A DNA stretch of 64,000 nt from Bispira polyomma (lineage: Eukaryota). Positions within the stretch are counted from its first letter, which is position 1. Each line of letters starts with the position of its first letter. Shown here one piece after another: positions 1 to 11,976 of this stretch. The notes beneath the pieces were generated by a model. That model was given only the letters and a program-made list of their open reading frames with translations, had not been told where the DNA came from and ran no database searches. The stretch is taken from assembly GCA_965649765.1 (NCBI GenBank), contig OZ287749.1:41726001-41790000 (forward strand). The letters are read 5' to 3'. Made by a program: the position numbers and the translations under genes.

Positions 1-81
1 ATTAACCATTTCCAGAAATTCATCAACTGTTTTGAAGATTATAAAGTTCTGTGTATTTCAAGGAGTACAGTTGAGAGATCA

Positions 82-219
82 TGAGGAAAAGTATTGCGTG
101 TTATTAATGACTTCATTATAAAATAGTGCTTGGATAAAGTATATGAACTCTGTTGCAAGACCCTGAGGAAAAGTATTGTATGTTAATAATGACTTTGTAT
201 AATAGTGCTTGGATAAAGT
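82..219 (+). repeat. Two ~58-bp direct repeats (82-bp period) in the L1 5' UTR
   Basis: TGAGGAAAAGTATTG...AATAGTGCTTGGATAAAGT at 82-140 and 164-219. Confidence 0.8.
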
Positions 220-260
220 GATACATTCTTAAAGACTTGTCTGATTGTTAAAGCACAAAT

Positions 261-1604
261 ATGTCTTTGGATAAAGAAGGCAATGCTGGAGCCCGAGGTG
301 GCAAAAAAGGCGGTATCCCTGAAAGTGCAAAAATTCAAAAAAGAGATTATGAGCTTGTATCTCCCACTTCACCAGAAGGAACTTTTAGCATGGCAAATAT
401 GGATAAATTATTTCAAAAGCACTTGGAACCAGTAACTACTGAACTTGATGAGTTACGTAGAGCTGTTGATTTCACGTCTGGTCAGCTAAAAGAGATCACA
501 GTCCTAACTAGCAGAATTGTAAATTTGGAACATGAAAATACAGTATTGAATGGTAAACTTCAAGAATCACAGACAAAATGTAACAAACTAGAAGAAAAGG
601 TTATATCTCTTGAACTATACTCAAGAAAGAATAACTTAAAATTTTTGGGTATCAAGAAAACATCTGGTGGTTCATCTGGTTATGACCAAGAAGACTGTGA
701 GTGCCTGATGTCAAATCTGTTCACAAAGTTGGGTCTTACTATTGCATCCAATGAAATAGAACGTGCACATCGATTGGGTCATTACAAGCTTGCTGATAGA
801 CCCATTATAGTTCGATTCTTAAACTACAAAAGTCGTCAGAAGGTTCTCCAAGAAAGAAAGAAACTCAAAGAAATCGGTGTTATAGTTACAGAGGATTTTC
901 CACAGGAAATCATGGCAAGACGTAAGATTTTTCAACCTGTTCTTCAGGCTGCCTATAAATCATCTGGCAAGTTCAAGGCACGCTTAAACACTGACAAACT
1001 GATCCCGAATGGGAAAACTTTTTCCTGTGATGATCTAGCTAAACTCCCTGAGGAACTTCAACCAAAAAATCTGTGTAACCCTGTGCGGGATGGAAAACTG
1101 GCTTTCTTTACACACCACTCAAAGCTATCAAACCACTACCAGTGCACATTCACTGAAGATGGACATTCCTTTAAATCAACTGAGCAGTACTACAACTACA
1201 TGAAGGCCAAGCATTTCCATGATGAGGAGAGTGTAACACTCATTATAAACTCAGAAACCCCAGTGACTGCTATGAACTCAGGGAAAAGAATTAAAAATTT
1301 CAACTCCCAGGGATGGAAACATGTGTGCAACAACTACATGCGACAAGGCCTTCAAGCAAAATTCTCCCAAAATGCTGATCTTTCCACTTTTCTAAAAGAA
1401 ACAGACCAGTTGATGTTGATTGAAGCCAACCCATATGATAAATACTGGAGAGTTGGCATCGCCTTAAACAAAAGTGTCGTTGGTACTTTAATTACATACA
1501 TGTTTTTTTTTGACTGTTGCTTACATTCTATTTTTATTTTTATATTTGACTTTCTACTTAACTCGCATTACAATGTGTCGCGGGAACATCAATTACACAT
1601 ATAA
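261..1604 (+). CDS. L1-type ORF1p (coiled coil + RRM + CTD) fused to a C-terminal NADAR/YbiA-like domain
   Basis: Heptad coiled coil (ELDELRRAV...LEEKVISLE), then L1 ORF1 RRM motifs SRKNNLKFLGI / IERAHRLG / RPIIVRFLNY / VTEDFPQE. From ~1098 NADAR motifs follow: FF..SKLSNHY, FKSTEQYY.YMKA, W....MRQGLQAKFSQN..L...L, LIEANPYDKYW.VG. The hydrophobic tail after ~1475 looks like read-through into the inter-ORF spacer. Confidence 0.85.
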   Translation: MSLDKEGNAGARGGKKGGIPESAKIQKRDYELVSPTSPEGTFSMANMDKLFQKHLEPVTTELDELRRAVDFTSGQLKEITVLTSRIVNLEHENTVLNGKLQESQTKCNKLEEKVISLELYSRKNNLKFLGIKKTSGGSSGYDQEDCECLMSNLFTKLGLTIASNEIERAHRLGHYKLADRPIIVRFLNYKSRQKVLQERKKLKEIGVIVTEDFPQEIMARRKIFQPVLQAAYKSSGKFKARLNTDKLIPNGKTFSCDDLAKLPEELQPKNLCNPVRDGKLAFFTHHSKLSNHYQCTFTEDGHSFKSTEQYYNYMKAKHFHDEESVTLIINSETPVTAMNSGKRIKNFNSQGWKHVCNNYMRQGLQAKFSQNADLSTFLKETDQLMLIEANPYDKYWRVGIALNKSVVGTLITYMFFFDCCLHSIFIFIFDFLLNSHYNVSREHQLHI

Positions 1605-1715
1605 TCTTCAACTGTTGGGGACATTATATTTTCATTTGATATTCAACCTTATACTCAGCTTGTATCACAATGTTTGTATAATTTTCACTTATATGTGTTG
1701 TTTACTTGATAATCA

Positions 1716-4700
1716 ATGTCTGATATCTTGAATGTATATAGCTTCAATGCTAGAGGCTTGAGGAACAAAACTAAGAGGCAATCAATTTTTCTATGGCTGA
1801 AAGCAAAATATAATAGTATATATTTTATACAAGAATCACATTCAACATCGATGTTAGAGCAAGGATGGAGACAAGAGTGGGGTGGTAGGGTAGAATTTTG
1901 TCATGGGAAATCAAACTGTAGGGGGGGTTACTACCTGTATATCAAGGGGTTTAAGTATTGACATCCTCAACATTGAACGTGACAGTACTGGTAGATTTCT
2001 GCTTATTGATTGTACTATAAGTGACATGAGCTATGTTCTTGTTAATCTCTATGCACCTACGTCTGATCATATACAAGAGCAAACTCTATTTGGCGAGTTT
2101 ATTTATCAGCATCTACAAAAATATTTTGGTCGAAACATCATAATTGGTGGAGATTTAAATATTAATCTAGACAAATTGAACCAAAATATGTCAATCAGTA
2201 ACACACCCCGGTGTAACGATTATCTAATTCAAATAATGCAGTCATTTGATTTAATTGATATCTGGAGAATACGCCATCCAAATACACAGAGATTCACCAG
2301 GAGAGAAAAAACTCGATATGGTTTTGCACAAACTAGGATAGATTTTTTCTTAATTTCCTGTCATCTCGAATATCTGATAAAATCAGCAGAAATACTGCCT
2401 AGTATAAAATCTGACCACAGCATACTTAGCATTTCATTGATTATGGAAAGAGAACAAAAACGTGGTAGAGGTCTGTGGAAACTGAATACCAGTCTTTTAC
2501 ATAATAAAGACTATATTAAACTTATAGAAGAAACAATAAGCAATGCTACTAAAGATATACACAATTTATTTGATAAAAGTATGACATGGGATTATATTAA
2601 ATGTCGAACTCGCACAGAATCAATTGGTTTTTCTATGTATAAAAATCGTAAAGATAAAAATTACCTAAATTCTTTGGTAAATAAACTGTCGGGTTTGGAG
2701 ACATTAATTTCAACCAACCCTTCATCACATCATAATGAAGAAATTGCCTTTATCAAAAGGGAAACAGAAAACATATACAATGAAAAGGCCAGAGGTTGCA
2801 TTATCAGGTCTAGGTGTCAGTTGACACAGGAATTTGAAAAGCCAACCAAATATTTTTTAAACTTAGAAAAAGCGAAACAAAGTATTATGCACATACGTTC
2901 ACTGATAGTGGGCAGTAGGAGAGTCTATCAGTCACAAGATATTTTTAAGGCCCAACAAAATTACTATACAAAACTTTATACAAGTTCTGCAACCAATGAT
3001 ATGATTAACAAATTTGATTGCGATCAATATCTGGAAAATGCCAGTATACCAACAATTTCAGACTCTACAAACCTGCTTTGTGAAAATGATATAACCTTAG
3101 AAGAGGTCAATAAAGCTGTCCTTGATCTGGCTGGTAACAAAGCACCTGGCCCTGATGGGCTTCCAGCTGAGTTTTATAAACAGTTTTGGAAACATATAGG
3201 CCATTATGTCTGTCAAAGTTTTGACCAGGCTTTTGAAAATGGCCAACTTTCTTCTAGCCAATAACAAGGCATCCTAAAATTAATTCCAAAGAAAGATAAG
3301 GATCTTACTGATCTAAAATCATGGCGTCCACTTTCTGTATTAAACACAGATTACAAAATTTTAGCTAAGGTTCTAAGTGGAAGATTGAAACATGGCCTAA
3401 AACAAATTATCAACCCTGACCAAATAGGATATATGGAAAATAGATTCTGTGGGGAAAACACAAGACTAATTGTTGATGTGATAGAATATTGCAAATTTCA
3501 TAGAAAACCATGTATTTTACTTCTAGTAGACTTTGACAAGGCTTTTGACACTGTAAGCTGGGATTTTCTGAGAAACTTTTCAAAGTATTATGGTTTTGGT
3601 AAAAAATTTCAAAGATGGATATCCATCTTGTATTGTGAAACTGAAAGTTGTGTAACTAACAATGGTTATCAGTCCGCCTATTTCAGATTGTCTAGAGGTA
3701 TCCGACAAGGCTGTCCTATCAGTGCACTTCTATTTTTGTTGGTAGCGGAAGTTATTGCGATAATTCTTTGTGAGTCTAACTCTGTTAATGGATTAATATT
3801 TTCCAAAATGCACATTAAACTATGTCAATTGGCGGATGACATGACAATGTTTTTAACTGATATGTCATCTGTTAAAAGTGTTCTTACTCTTTTTGAAGAA
3901 TTTACCGATATGCTGGCCTAAAACTGAATAAAAGCAAGACTGAAGCAATTATTATTGAGAATGACGGTACCTTAACAGAAGATCCCATTTTGGGCATATG
4001 GTGGATAAATAGTCCTTTCAAAACATTAGGAAAATGGTTTTCTGTTAACCATGAAGAAATGAGGATCTTGAATATAAATAATAAAATGGAAATAATCAAA
4101 TCTGTTCTTAATGTTTGGAAAATATGTTATCCATTTGGTATGATTTTATAACAGTGGAACCCCAAACTATAGATGACTTCTATTATGAAAATTTATTTCA
4201 CAATGATTTATTTCGAATTGATAACAAGGCTATAGCCCATGAATATACTGACTGGGCAAATAGTGACATATTGGTTGTTTCTGATATTCTACAAGTTGAT
4301 GCTACTTTTGTAAAAAAAAAACGATTTAGAAAGAAGGTATAACTTAATCATATGTGATATGAAATATAACAAAATTGTAAGCTCAGTATATTCAAGGTTC
4401 AGAAAAATTCCAAAAGCAAATACATTTGGTTCAACTTCTGGTAACAGTGTTCCTCAAAGATTCATTACTGATATCAGTAGTGTTAAGAACAGAGTTGTGT
4501 ATAATTTTTTGGTTAAATCAGTATATAAAATTCCATCAAATGAAAACAAATGGGTAGAATATTACCCCTTTTTAGAAGTCATAGATTGGAAAAATATTTA
4601 TCTACTGCCAACTAAGATTGTTCAGGACACATATTTAGTAACCTTTCAGTTCATAATATTACATAGAATTTTTACATGTAACTACAAGTTATTTTTGTGG

Positions 4701-5093
4701 AATATTAGAGATTCGCCAACATGCAGCTATTGTAAACATGTAGATAACCTAGAACATTTTTTCTTCTATTGTCATGACACAAATTATTTTTGGAAGCAGG
4801 TTGAGAGATGGTTGCTTGTAAATTTGTCAGTATCTGTAAACTTTTCTGTTTTAGAAGTCTTATTTGAATTAATTCACTTTAATCCAAAATATTACTACAT
4901 TGTTAATTATATACTGCTCATAGGAAAATATTACATTAAACAATGTAAAAAGAATGAGTCGAAAGTTTCCTTTTATGGTTTTCCGCATATAGTTAAGGAT
5001 AAATTGAAGATAGAGGAACTAGTTTTTCTCAAAAAATGTAAGGGTGAGGTTTTTGTAAATCATTTTGGCGAGTTAATGCTAGCCTTACAGTAA
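1716..5093 (+). pseudogene. L1/Tx1 ORF2 (APE endonuclease, reverse transcriptase, C-terminal CCHC zinc knuckle), disrupted
   Basis: EN motifs SFNARGL, FIQESH, NLYAP, GGDLN, RIDFFL, SDHS. RT motifs KAPGPDG, WRPLSVLNTDYK, DFDKAFD, GIRQGCPIS, QLADD. C-terminal CSYCKHVDNLEHFFFYC. Lesions: +1 frameshift in the G7 run (1921-1927), in-frame TAA at 3262-3264, frameshift ~3903, apparent internal deletion ~4115, frameshift in the A run ~4311-4321. Confidence 0.92.
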
Positions 5094-6932
5094 TTTTGGT
5101 TTGGATGTTATAATGTTATACGTACCAGTATTGTTTTTGTGCTAGGGACTTCTGTATCATGTACAAAAAAGAACAATAAAATTTTTTAAAAAAACCTAAT
5201 TTATAGGAGTGGATGTTACCTTTACAAGACAGGCAAATTATAGCTGATAAAAAGCATGACCTATTTTCTAGTGTGTACAAAGCATAAACAACTCAAGCCC
5301 GTGTTATATGAATACATTATGACTTCAAATGTCACACAAAGTAAATGATTACAATGTATTTACTAAACAAATCTGCCTCTAATTTTCACTCTTTGTAAAG
5401 ATCAATTGTAAAAATAAGGGATAATAAACTCATGTAAACAATTGAATAAATAGAAAAAAGTGTTAAAACTAAATGTTCTGTGATCTATATATGTAAGCAT
5501 GTTTTAAAACCCAAGGAAATCCCAACTTTATTTTTTTTTAAATTTATAACTTTCCTATTTCTGTACATACAAATCCTAATTTACATGTATGTTTACATTA
5601 GCCATAACATATATAGATATATAGTTACATATATAATACATATACAACAATCTACAAATACAAACAATTAGTTATTTTAAATACTAGAAAGATGTTAAAA
5701 ATCTAGAAAGATGTTAGAAATCCCAACGTTGTTGCCTCTGCCTTATTTGATCAATACACACTTAGACATGGATTGAAGATGTTTCACAATATTGCACACA
5801 AAATAATTGTGGGTAGGAAAAGTGGGCTAAAGGGAGATGCAGGTAATACTTGATTAATGGATAATTTTAATTTAAGGTATTTCTTTTAGATGTTTTAACC
5901 AATGACATTATATTGTGGAAAATTAATTCCACTTAAACATTTGTATAATTCTGATTTTTAAAAAAACTTGTAATATTTAAAACATTACTAATAAGCAATG
6001 GTAGCCTTGTTAAATTATATGCCTATCTGTCTTAATAATGAGTGCAAAAGTGATTTCACATGGTTACTCATTCAATTATTCATATTCATGATTCATCACT
6101 TCATATGTACTAAAGTACAGTTTTAATACTTGAACAGACTCGTCTAAAAAGTCTATATAAATATATATAAAGTTTATTTAAACACAGACTTAAAAAAGGT
6201 TGAAAAGAAATAGCAAAATTTAACCGTGCTTGTTAAATAAGCCCTTGAGTCAGTGATAGATACTCTTAATCACCGTTTGGTTCCTTGACATCTGAACGCT
6301 AACTGTATAATAAACTATCCCAAAACTTTTACCCATGTTTTTTGTAATGTAAAAGTTCAGAATGAAACAAATGAATTCGGTAAATATCTTTACAATATCT
6401 TTACATATCTAAAGGCTTGGTCTTATTCAGATTTTCGTTCATGACTCTTCGTAGCGGGCGGTTGCACCACGTATCTAGTGTTACATGACGAACACTACAA
6501 CCCCCCCCCCCCCCCACCCCCACCCCCCATTATCTCCCAAATTACCCTTCCCAGACGAAGCTAGGGCGAGTTTGAAACAAAACTGTGACGACCGTGCCCC
6601 AGAAATGAAACATACCTTCACTGTCACAATCTACAACAAAACTAGATGGACCTGCCGCAAAAGTGACACATACCCTGCGCCCCCTTTACCCCACAAAACC
6701 CCTTACGAACGCACATTTAGCATCTGAGCATTTCAAAACTTTTGGAGCAGCGCTACTAAAATGCTCACAGATATCAACAAAAACTTCCGAAGTGCTCCTA
6801 ATGTAGACCAAATTGAAACAAAGTTGAAACCTACTGTGACTGATTGCTACAAAGATGTCCGTGGTGCATGCATGACGGGTTTCCATGAAAATGAAACAAC
6901 AAAATTAAGAACAATACTCTGTTGGATATTTG

Positions 6933-7314
6933 GTCTTTAAATTACAAAAACAAATAAAAGGTCCACTAAAATACTCAACTGTTAGATTCGTGGCAGATTC
7001 GGATCAGTGTTTACAATTATTATATTCTTTTTCAATATTTATAATGACATATCTGTTAATTTCCTCATTTTCATGTTTTATTAAAATACCAGTCAATTAA
7101 TTGTTAATTTAATTAACTGTTAATTTCCTCATTTTCATGTTTTATTAAAATACCAGTCTTTAAATTACAAAAACAAATAAAAGGTCCACTGAAATACTCA
7201 ACTGTTAGATTCGTGGCAGATTCGGATCAGTGTTTACAATTATTATATTCTTTTTCAATATTTATAATGACATATCTGTTAATTTCCTCATTTTCATGTT
7301 TTATTAAAATACCA
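6933..7314. repeat. Near-perfect local duplication of ~159 bp with a partial third copy between
   Basis: GTCTTTAAATTACAAAAAC...TTATTAAAATACCA at 6933-7091 and ~7156-7314. Confidence 0.85.
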
Positions 7315-8542
7315 AAATGTATTTTTTTAAAAGGCTAATTATTGCTACCAAATATGGCCTAGCTGTTAAAATGGTTTGCTTTACAGTCACTGGCTCTAAC
7401 TGCCAACCAGATTAGCTTGAATTTGAATGCCATATTACCTTGAGTTTCTATAAATGTTCAAGTTTTAAGTGTAACTGACAATCAATAGTCAAGTGAGAAG
7501 TCAAAGTTTGAAATACAACACTTGGTGACCCTTGGTCACAAAGGTCAAGTGATCACCTTGGCTTGGGATCAGTGTTCAAGTTTAAAGTGTAACTGACAAC
7601 CAAGAGTCAAATATAAAGTCAAAGCTAAAATTTTTTAAATACCTAATCTAATCTAACGAAACTTTTATATCGCTTAATCACCATTGGGGTGGATTTTAAG
7701 GCACTTATTACATGATGATATTCAAGTATTGTAACGACTGGTAATAATTTTCAAAGGCCATTTGTGTCCAGCTGGGACTTAGATTGTGTGTCAACAACTC
7801 TTTGGACTAATTTGGAGATGAAACTTGGAGAGAAGCAACCGACTCTCCATGTTGCCTAAAACATATTTGGAGCACGTTTACACAATTTATTCTTATACGA
7901 GAGAAGTAAATAATTTTTTAATGTACATTTGTATTTTCACATATTTAGAGCATCTTTACACAATTTATCCTTATACGAGTAAAGTTAATATTTTTTTAAT
8001 AATTTCCATAATTATAACTAAGGAAATTGTTTTATTATGCAAATTAAAGACTTTACCAACTTTGGAATTAACAATGATCTTAGATTTTGTTTCCAGATTT
8101 TGTGTTATCTATAAGTAATACTGGTTTAGTTAGTCTAGAAATACTAAACACAGCATATGGACCATGTTGTTAGGGTTATGTCACTCACTGAGCAGATAAT
8201 TGTGATCGCCATTAAAGGCCGCCGCACCCTCTGTTTATGTTGTGACATCATTACAGTATGGACAAATATGGTCAATATTCTTCGAGTCAGAGCCAACAGC
8301 TACCGTAATTGTATGGTATAAAGGCCACCATACATATTAACTACCCTATTTGGTCTGAAAGGAGCCATTTGGTTTTTGTTACATTAGCAAGTGCACTTCT
8401 GAATTTAAACTTCTTAATTTACTAGGCTCAACATATATTTATCCACACACAGTGAACATATACAAACAACGAACAGCAGCTAATGCGATTGTAATTATTA
8501 ACAATGCTATTATGTCATTATTAACAATTAACAATGAACAAT

Positions 8543-8795
8543 AGCTTTGCCCATGATGCTCTAACACTGTAGAATAAATTACCTGCCGAAATTTGTTGTG
8601 CAACCTCACTCAAATCCTTTAGAAAAAACTTAAAACCTATCTATTCGACAAGGGTTTTCCATCATAGCCCTAAATTCACCCGGCGTCTCTATGGTGCTGA
8701 CTGCTTGTCTAAAGGAAATGCGAATTAAATAAGGATACTGTCCGCGCCTTAGAATCCCCTAAGAAGGAGAGATTAAGCGCTATAAAAATTAGATT
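8543..8795 (+). mobile_element. 5'-truncated L2-type LINE 3' end, related to the 48716-52402 element
   Basis: Translates (with a stop and slippage) SFAHDALTL*NKLPAEI...SLKSFRK..KTYLFDKGFP, matching the ORF C-terminus SFAFDAPIVWNGLP...KTHLYTKAYPP. Same GCGCCTTAG...GATTAAGCGC tail. Confidence 0.75.
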
Positions 8796-11445
8796 TTCTT
8801 GACTAAAGACAGTCATTGAATGGCCAGTTGTCAGTTTCCACAAGTTACCCATGTTCTATCTGTCAAACGTGATTGCTAAATTACAAAAAAAAAAAAACAA
8901 AAAAAACACCTTAAAGCAACAACAAATAATAACTAACATATTTTTGTAGCATCTTAGGTGCTAATTATTAGTATTTGCTAAAAACAAAGAAAACTGAAAT
9001 AGTTTGACAGTATGAGGATTCTAGTAAATGCTTACAATGGTTAGCTGTTTATAGGTAAAATATGGTCAACTTTCTCCATTGTGTCATCACCAAATATGGC
9101 CATGACAGAGAACTTGAAATTGTGGTTGTGTGACATCAGACACTTCTCAAAACACATTAGTCAAAACCAGTGAAATGGACGATATAGATTTAATTGTACT
9201 TGACAAAAGACGTACAGTTAAAGCATAGATCTCTGTATATAATGAGTCTTACTGATGATATGTATTTAATGGCTGTTCTGTCACATTTTGGCTGCAATGT
9301 TGTGATAAGTTTTGGACTGATCAATATTGTACTTCTAATGTTATGGTTCTGAATTTACTTGACTTCAATTAGCCATTCCAAAGTGCACATAAAAAACCAG
9401 CCAAGACCAGCTAATGTTATTGTCTCTTAACTGAAGACAGCCATTGAATATCCATTTAAAAGTTTCACATAAATAGATCTATGCTGACTCTTTGATCAAA
9501 AGTCCATGTGATAGACTGTTACTTCAGGTTGTTAGGGTTAATACTTTAAATCTTAGGCAGTTTTAGTTTAAATATTTAATTTGGGTATTAAAGTCACTTT
9601 TAACAGGTCAAGTATCATATGATGATAGGCAGTTCACGGGTGGAGTAAATCAGAGTAGGGTAGTTGGTCAAAGTTTTCTGGTTTTCAAACCAACGGCCTT
9701 CAGCAAGTCAACATTCTGACATATGTGTCAGGCTGAGATTCGAACCCAGGACTGCATTGGTGGGAGACCAGTGTGTTACAACTATACACTGTCGAGGCCC
9801 CCAGGTTAATCTGAGCAGGCACATAAGTTTTCTGTGACCAAGGAGATTGCTGGATCACATCAAAAGAGCTTTTTTGTAGTAAAATGATAATAAATACTTG
9901 TATTTGTTGTTGTTGATTGTATCACATGTGTTTACTTTAAATATTTGCTAAACACAGCCAAATGAAATAGTTGAAATTTGATCTCGTGAAGATTACTAAC
10001 CCCCCAAAATAATAGGCTGTAATGCTCTAAAATGGTGGGCTATTTAATGTGTAGAATACGGTATATTGGCTGTCGTTGTGTTATTTCCATATATGGACAT
10101 GACATAAACCTTAATACGTGGTTGTATGACTTCAAGTCACTCACGTGACTATAAAAACGCTGAAAAAGTGGCAATAAACTACCTGACAGAGGTATGTGAT
10201 ACTGAAAATTCATATATCTTCTATAAGGAGCCTCACTGATAATGTGTAATCATTCACTCTCCTGCATCACTGCCAAGTTTTGAGAGTGGACAGATAGAAA
10301 CCATATTCTCGAACAAAAAAACACTGCAAGCTCAACTAAGATTAGAGCTCAGTTCTACCGATCTCTGGGTGGAGGGTAGACATACATAAAAATTGACTGC
10401 ATATTTGACATTAGGGTTGAAAGTTCTATACAAATGAATGGTCACAAGTATAGATTATGTCCACCGGCATGAGTTTTACCCAGCCCTTAACTTGAGCTGA
10501 GTTTGAGTTTCTTGGTGGAATAATAGGCTTTACTTTTTACTTTAAACGTCAATATTTTTATTTTCATTGCAGAAAACACAAGTAGTTTAGGTATGTTGGT
10601 AAGGAAGATATCTTTCCTAAAAGAGTTACAAAATATCAAATATCTAGTGTCATTATTGACCATATGCTTTATTATTATTATACCATGACCCTTGTCTTCT
10701 TTTCTTCAATCACAACGTGTCACCTATGAAATAAAAAGGCTTCTATTCTATTACATGATTTATTTACCAATAACACTATGTTTACACCTGGGGATAGCAC
10801 TACCATTATGACGCATAGCCATGTGTCCACTTAAGTTCCCTTTCGCAATACTTGCTAGGTGCCTCTGTAACCCCCCCCCCCCCCACCCCCTCCTCCCCCT
10901 AAGAAGTCTGTGTGAAAGTTACCCAGTTTTTTTGTATATTTATAAAGAGCACACATATAGAGTGAAATAGATCTCAGCCAAAAAAATATCAAAGGTATTC
11001 GATAATTTATGAATCATATTTCTGGATCATTCTTAGAAGAGCAAAAAGTAGTATCTCAGTTGGGGGTTATTTTCTAGCTTCTTAGGATTCCTGAAGTGTG
11101 AATACAGTAGTTGTAATAATGGATTTATAAGGTAAAAAGGTGCTCAAGAGACGCAAACTACTATCTTGTAGCCTTGGACAAAGCTCCCTTTTCCATTGCA
11201 GTTATTAAATTATCTATTTATCTCAACAAAGTTGTCTTTTTGTCAGTTAGTACAGCCCTATCAATAAGCCCTAATTTAGCTTATTCCCACACAAGATAGT
11301 ATTTTCAAATGTAATTATTACACTAGTTTAATAGAGCAAATTTTCGAGCATAAACATAAATTGCAGTATTATATTTTTTTAAAAGTCAAACCCTCAAGTT
11401 GTGTTTATATGCATTTCACAGTGATATATACAACTCTAAGTCCTG

Positions 11446-11678
11446 GAACCGTATTCACAAAAGGCCTTAGTCTTAACTCAGTCTTGAGCTTAAAATTTTA
11501 GTCTTTGATTTTGGCCAACAAAATTTAAAATTTGGTCTTAGTCCCAGTCGCCTTAGGAAAAGATCCTTGCTTGAGTGTTTACTTTGTACATAACACTAAA
11601 ACTAACAGTATAGGTGGTCTTCAATATTTTTGACATAAATGTTAAGCTTAAGACTAAGACCTATTGTGAATACGACCC
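11446..11678. mobile_element. Harbinger-type MITE
   Basis: TIRs GAACCGTATTCACAA...TTAGTCTTAA / TTAAGACTAA...TTGTGAATACGACCC share the CGTATTCACAA terminal motif of the 14298-15335 element. Confidence 0.7.
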
Positions 11679-11947
11679 CATGGACTTAAAAAAATACTAT
11701 TGTTTCAATTAATTAAGTGTTGATTAAAAAGTAAATATATCTCACTGTAATGAGTTAATAACAGTTAAAAAACCAAACACCTTATAATACTTGTAAAATA
11801 CCGACTTGATTGGAACGTCAGTCAACATTGTGTTTTGTGCAAATAAGGTTTTAGAAAAAGACAAAGGAATGTGAGCTTTAAGGAAGGTTAATTAAACCTA
11901 TGCTAATGACACTGATATCTATTGGCCTTCATTGGTCAAACAAAATA

Positions 11948-11976
11948 TGACTCAAACAGGCTAGCTATATGAGTCA
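11948..11976. promoter_or_regulatory. Pair of AP-1 (TRE) sites upstream of the bZIP gene
   Basis: TGACTCA at 11948-11954 and TGAGTCA at 11970-11976. Confidence 0.4.

Larger units (their letters stand above)
1..5194 (+). mobile_element. L1/Tx1-clade non-LTR retrotransposon (ORF1 + ORF2), decayed; 5' end may extend beyond the window
   Basis: 5' UTR with repeats, ORF1 (261-1604), APE-RT-CCHC ORF2 relic (1716-5093), short 3' UTR with AATAAA (5175-5180) and A-rich tail (~5188-5194). Confidence 0.92.
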
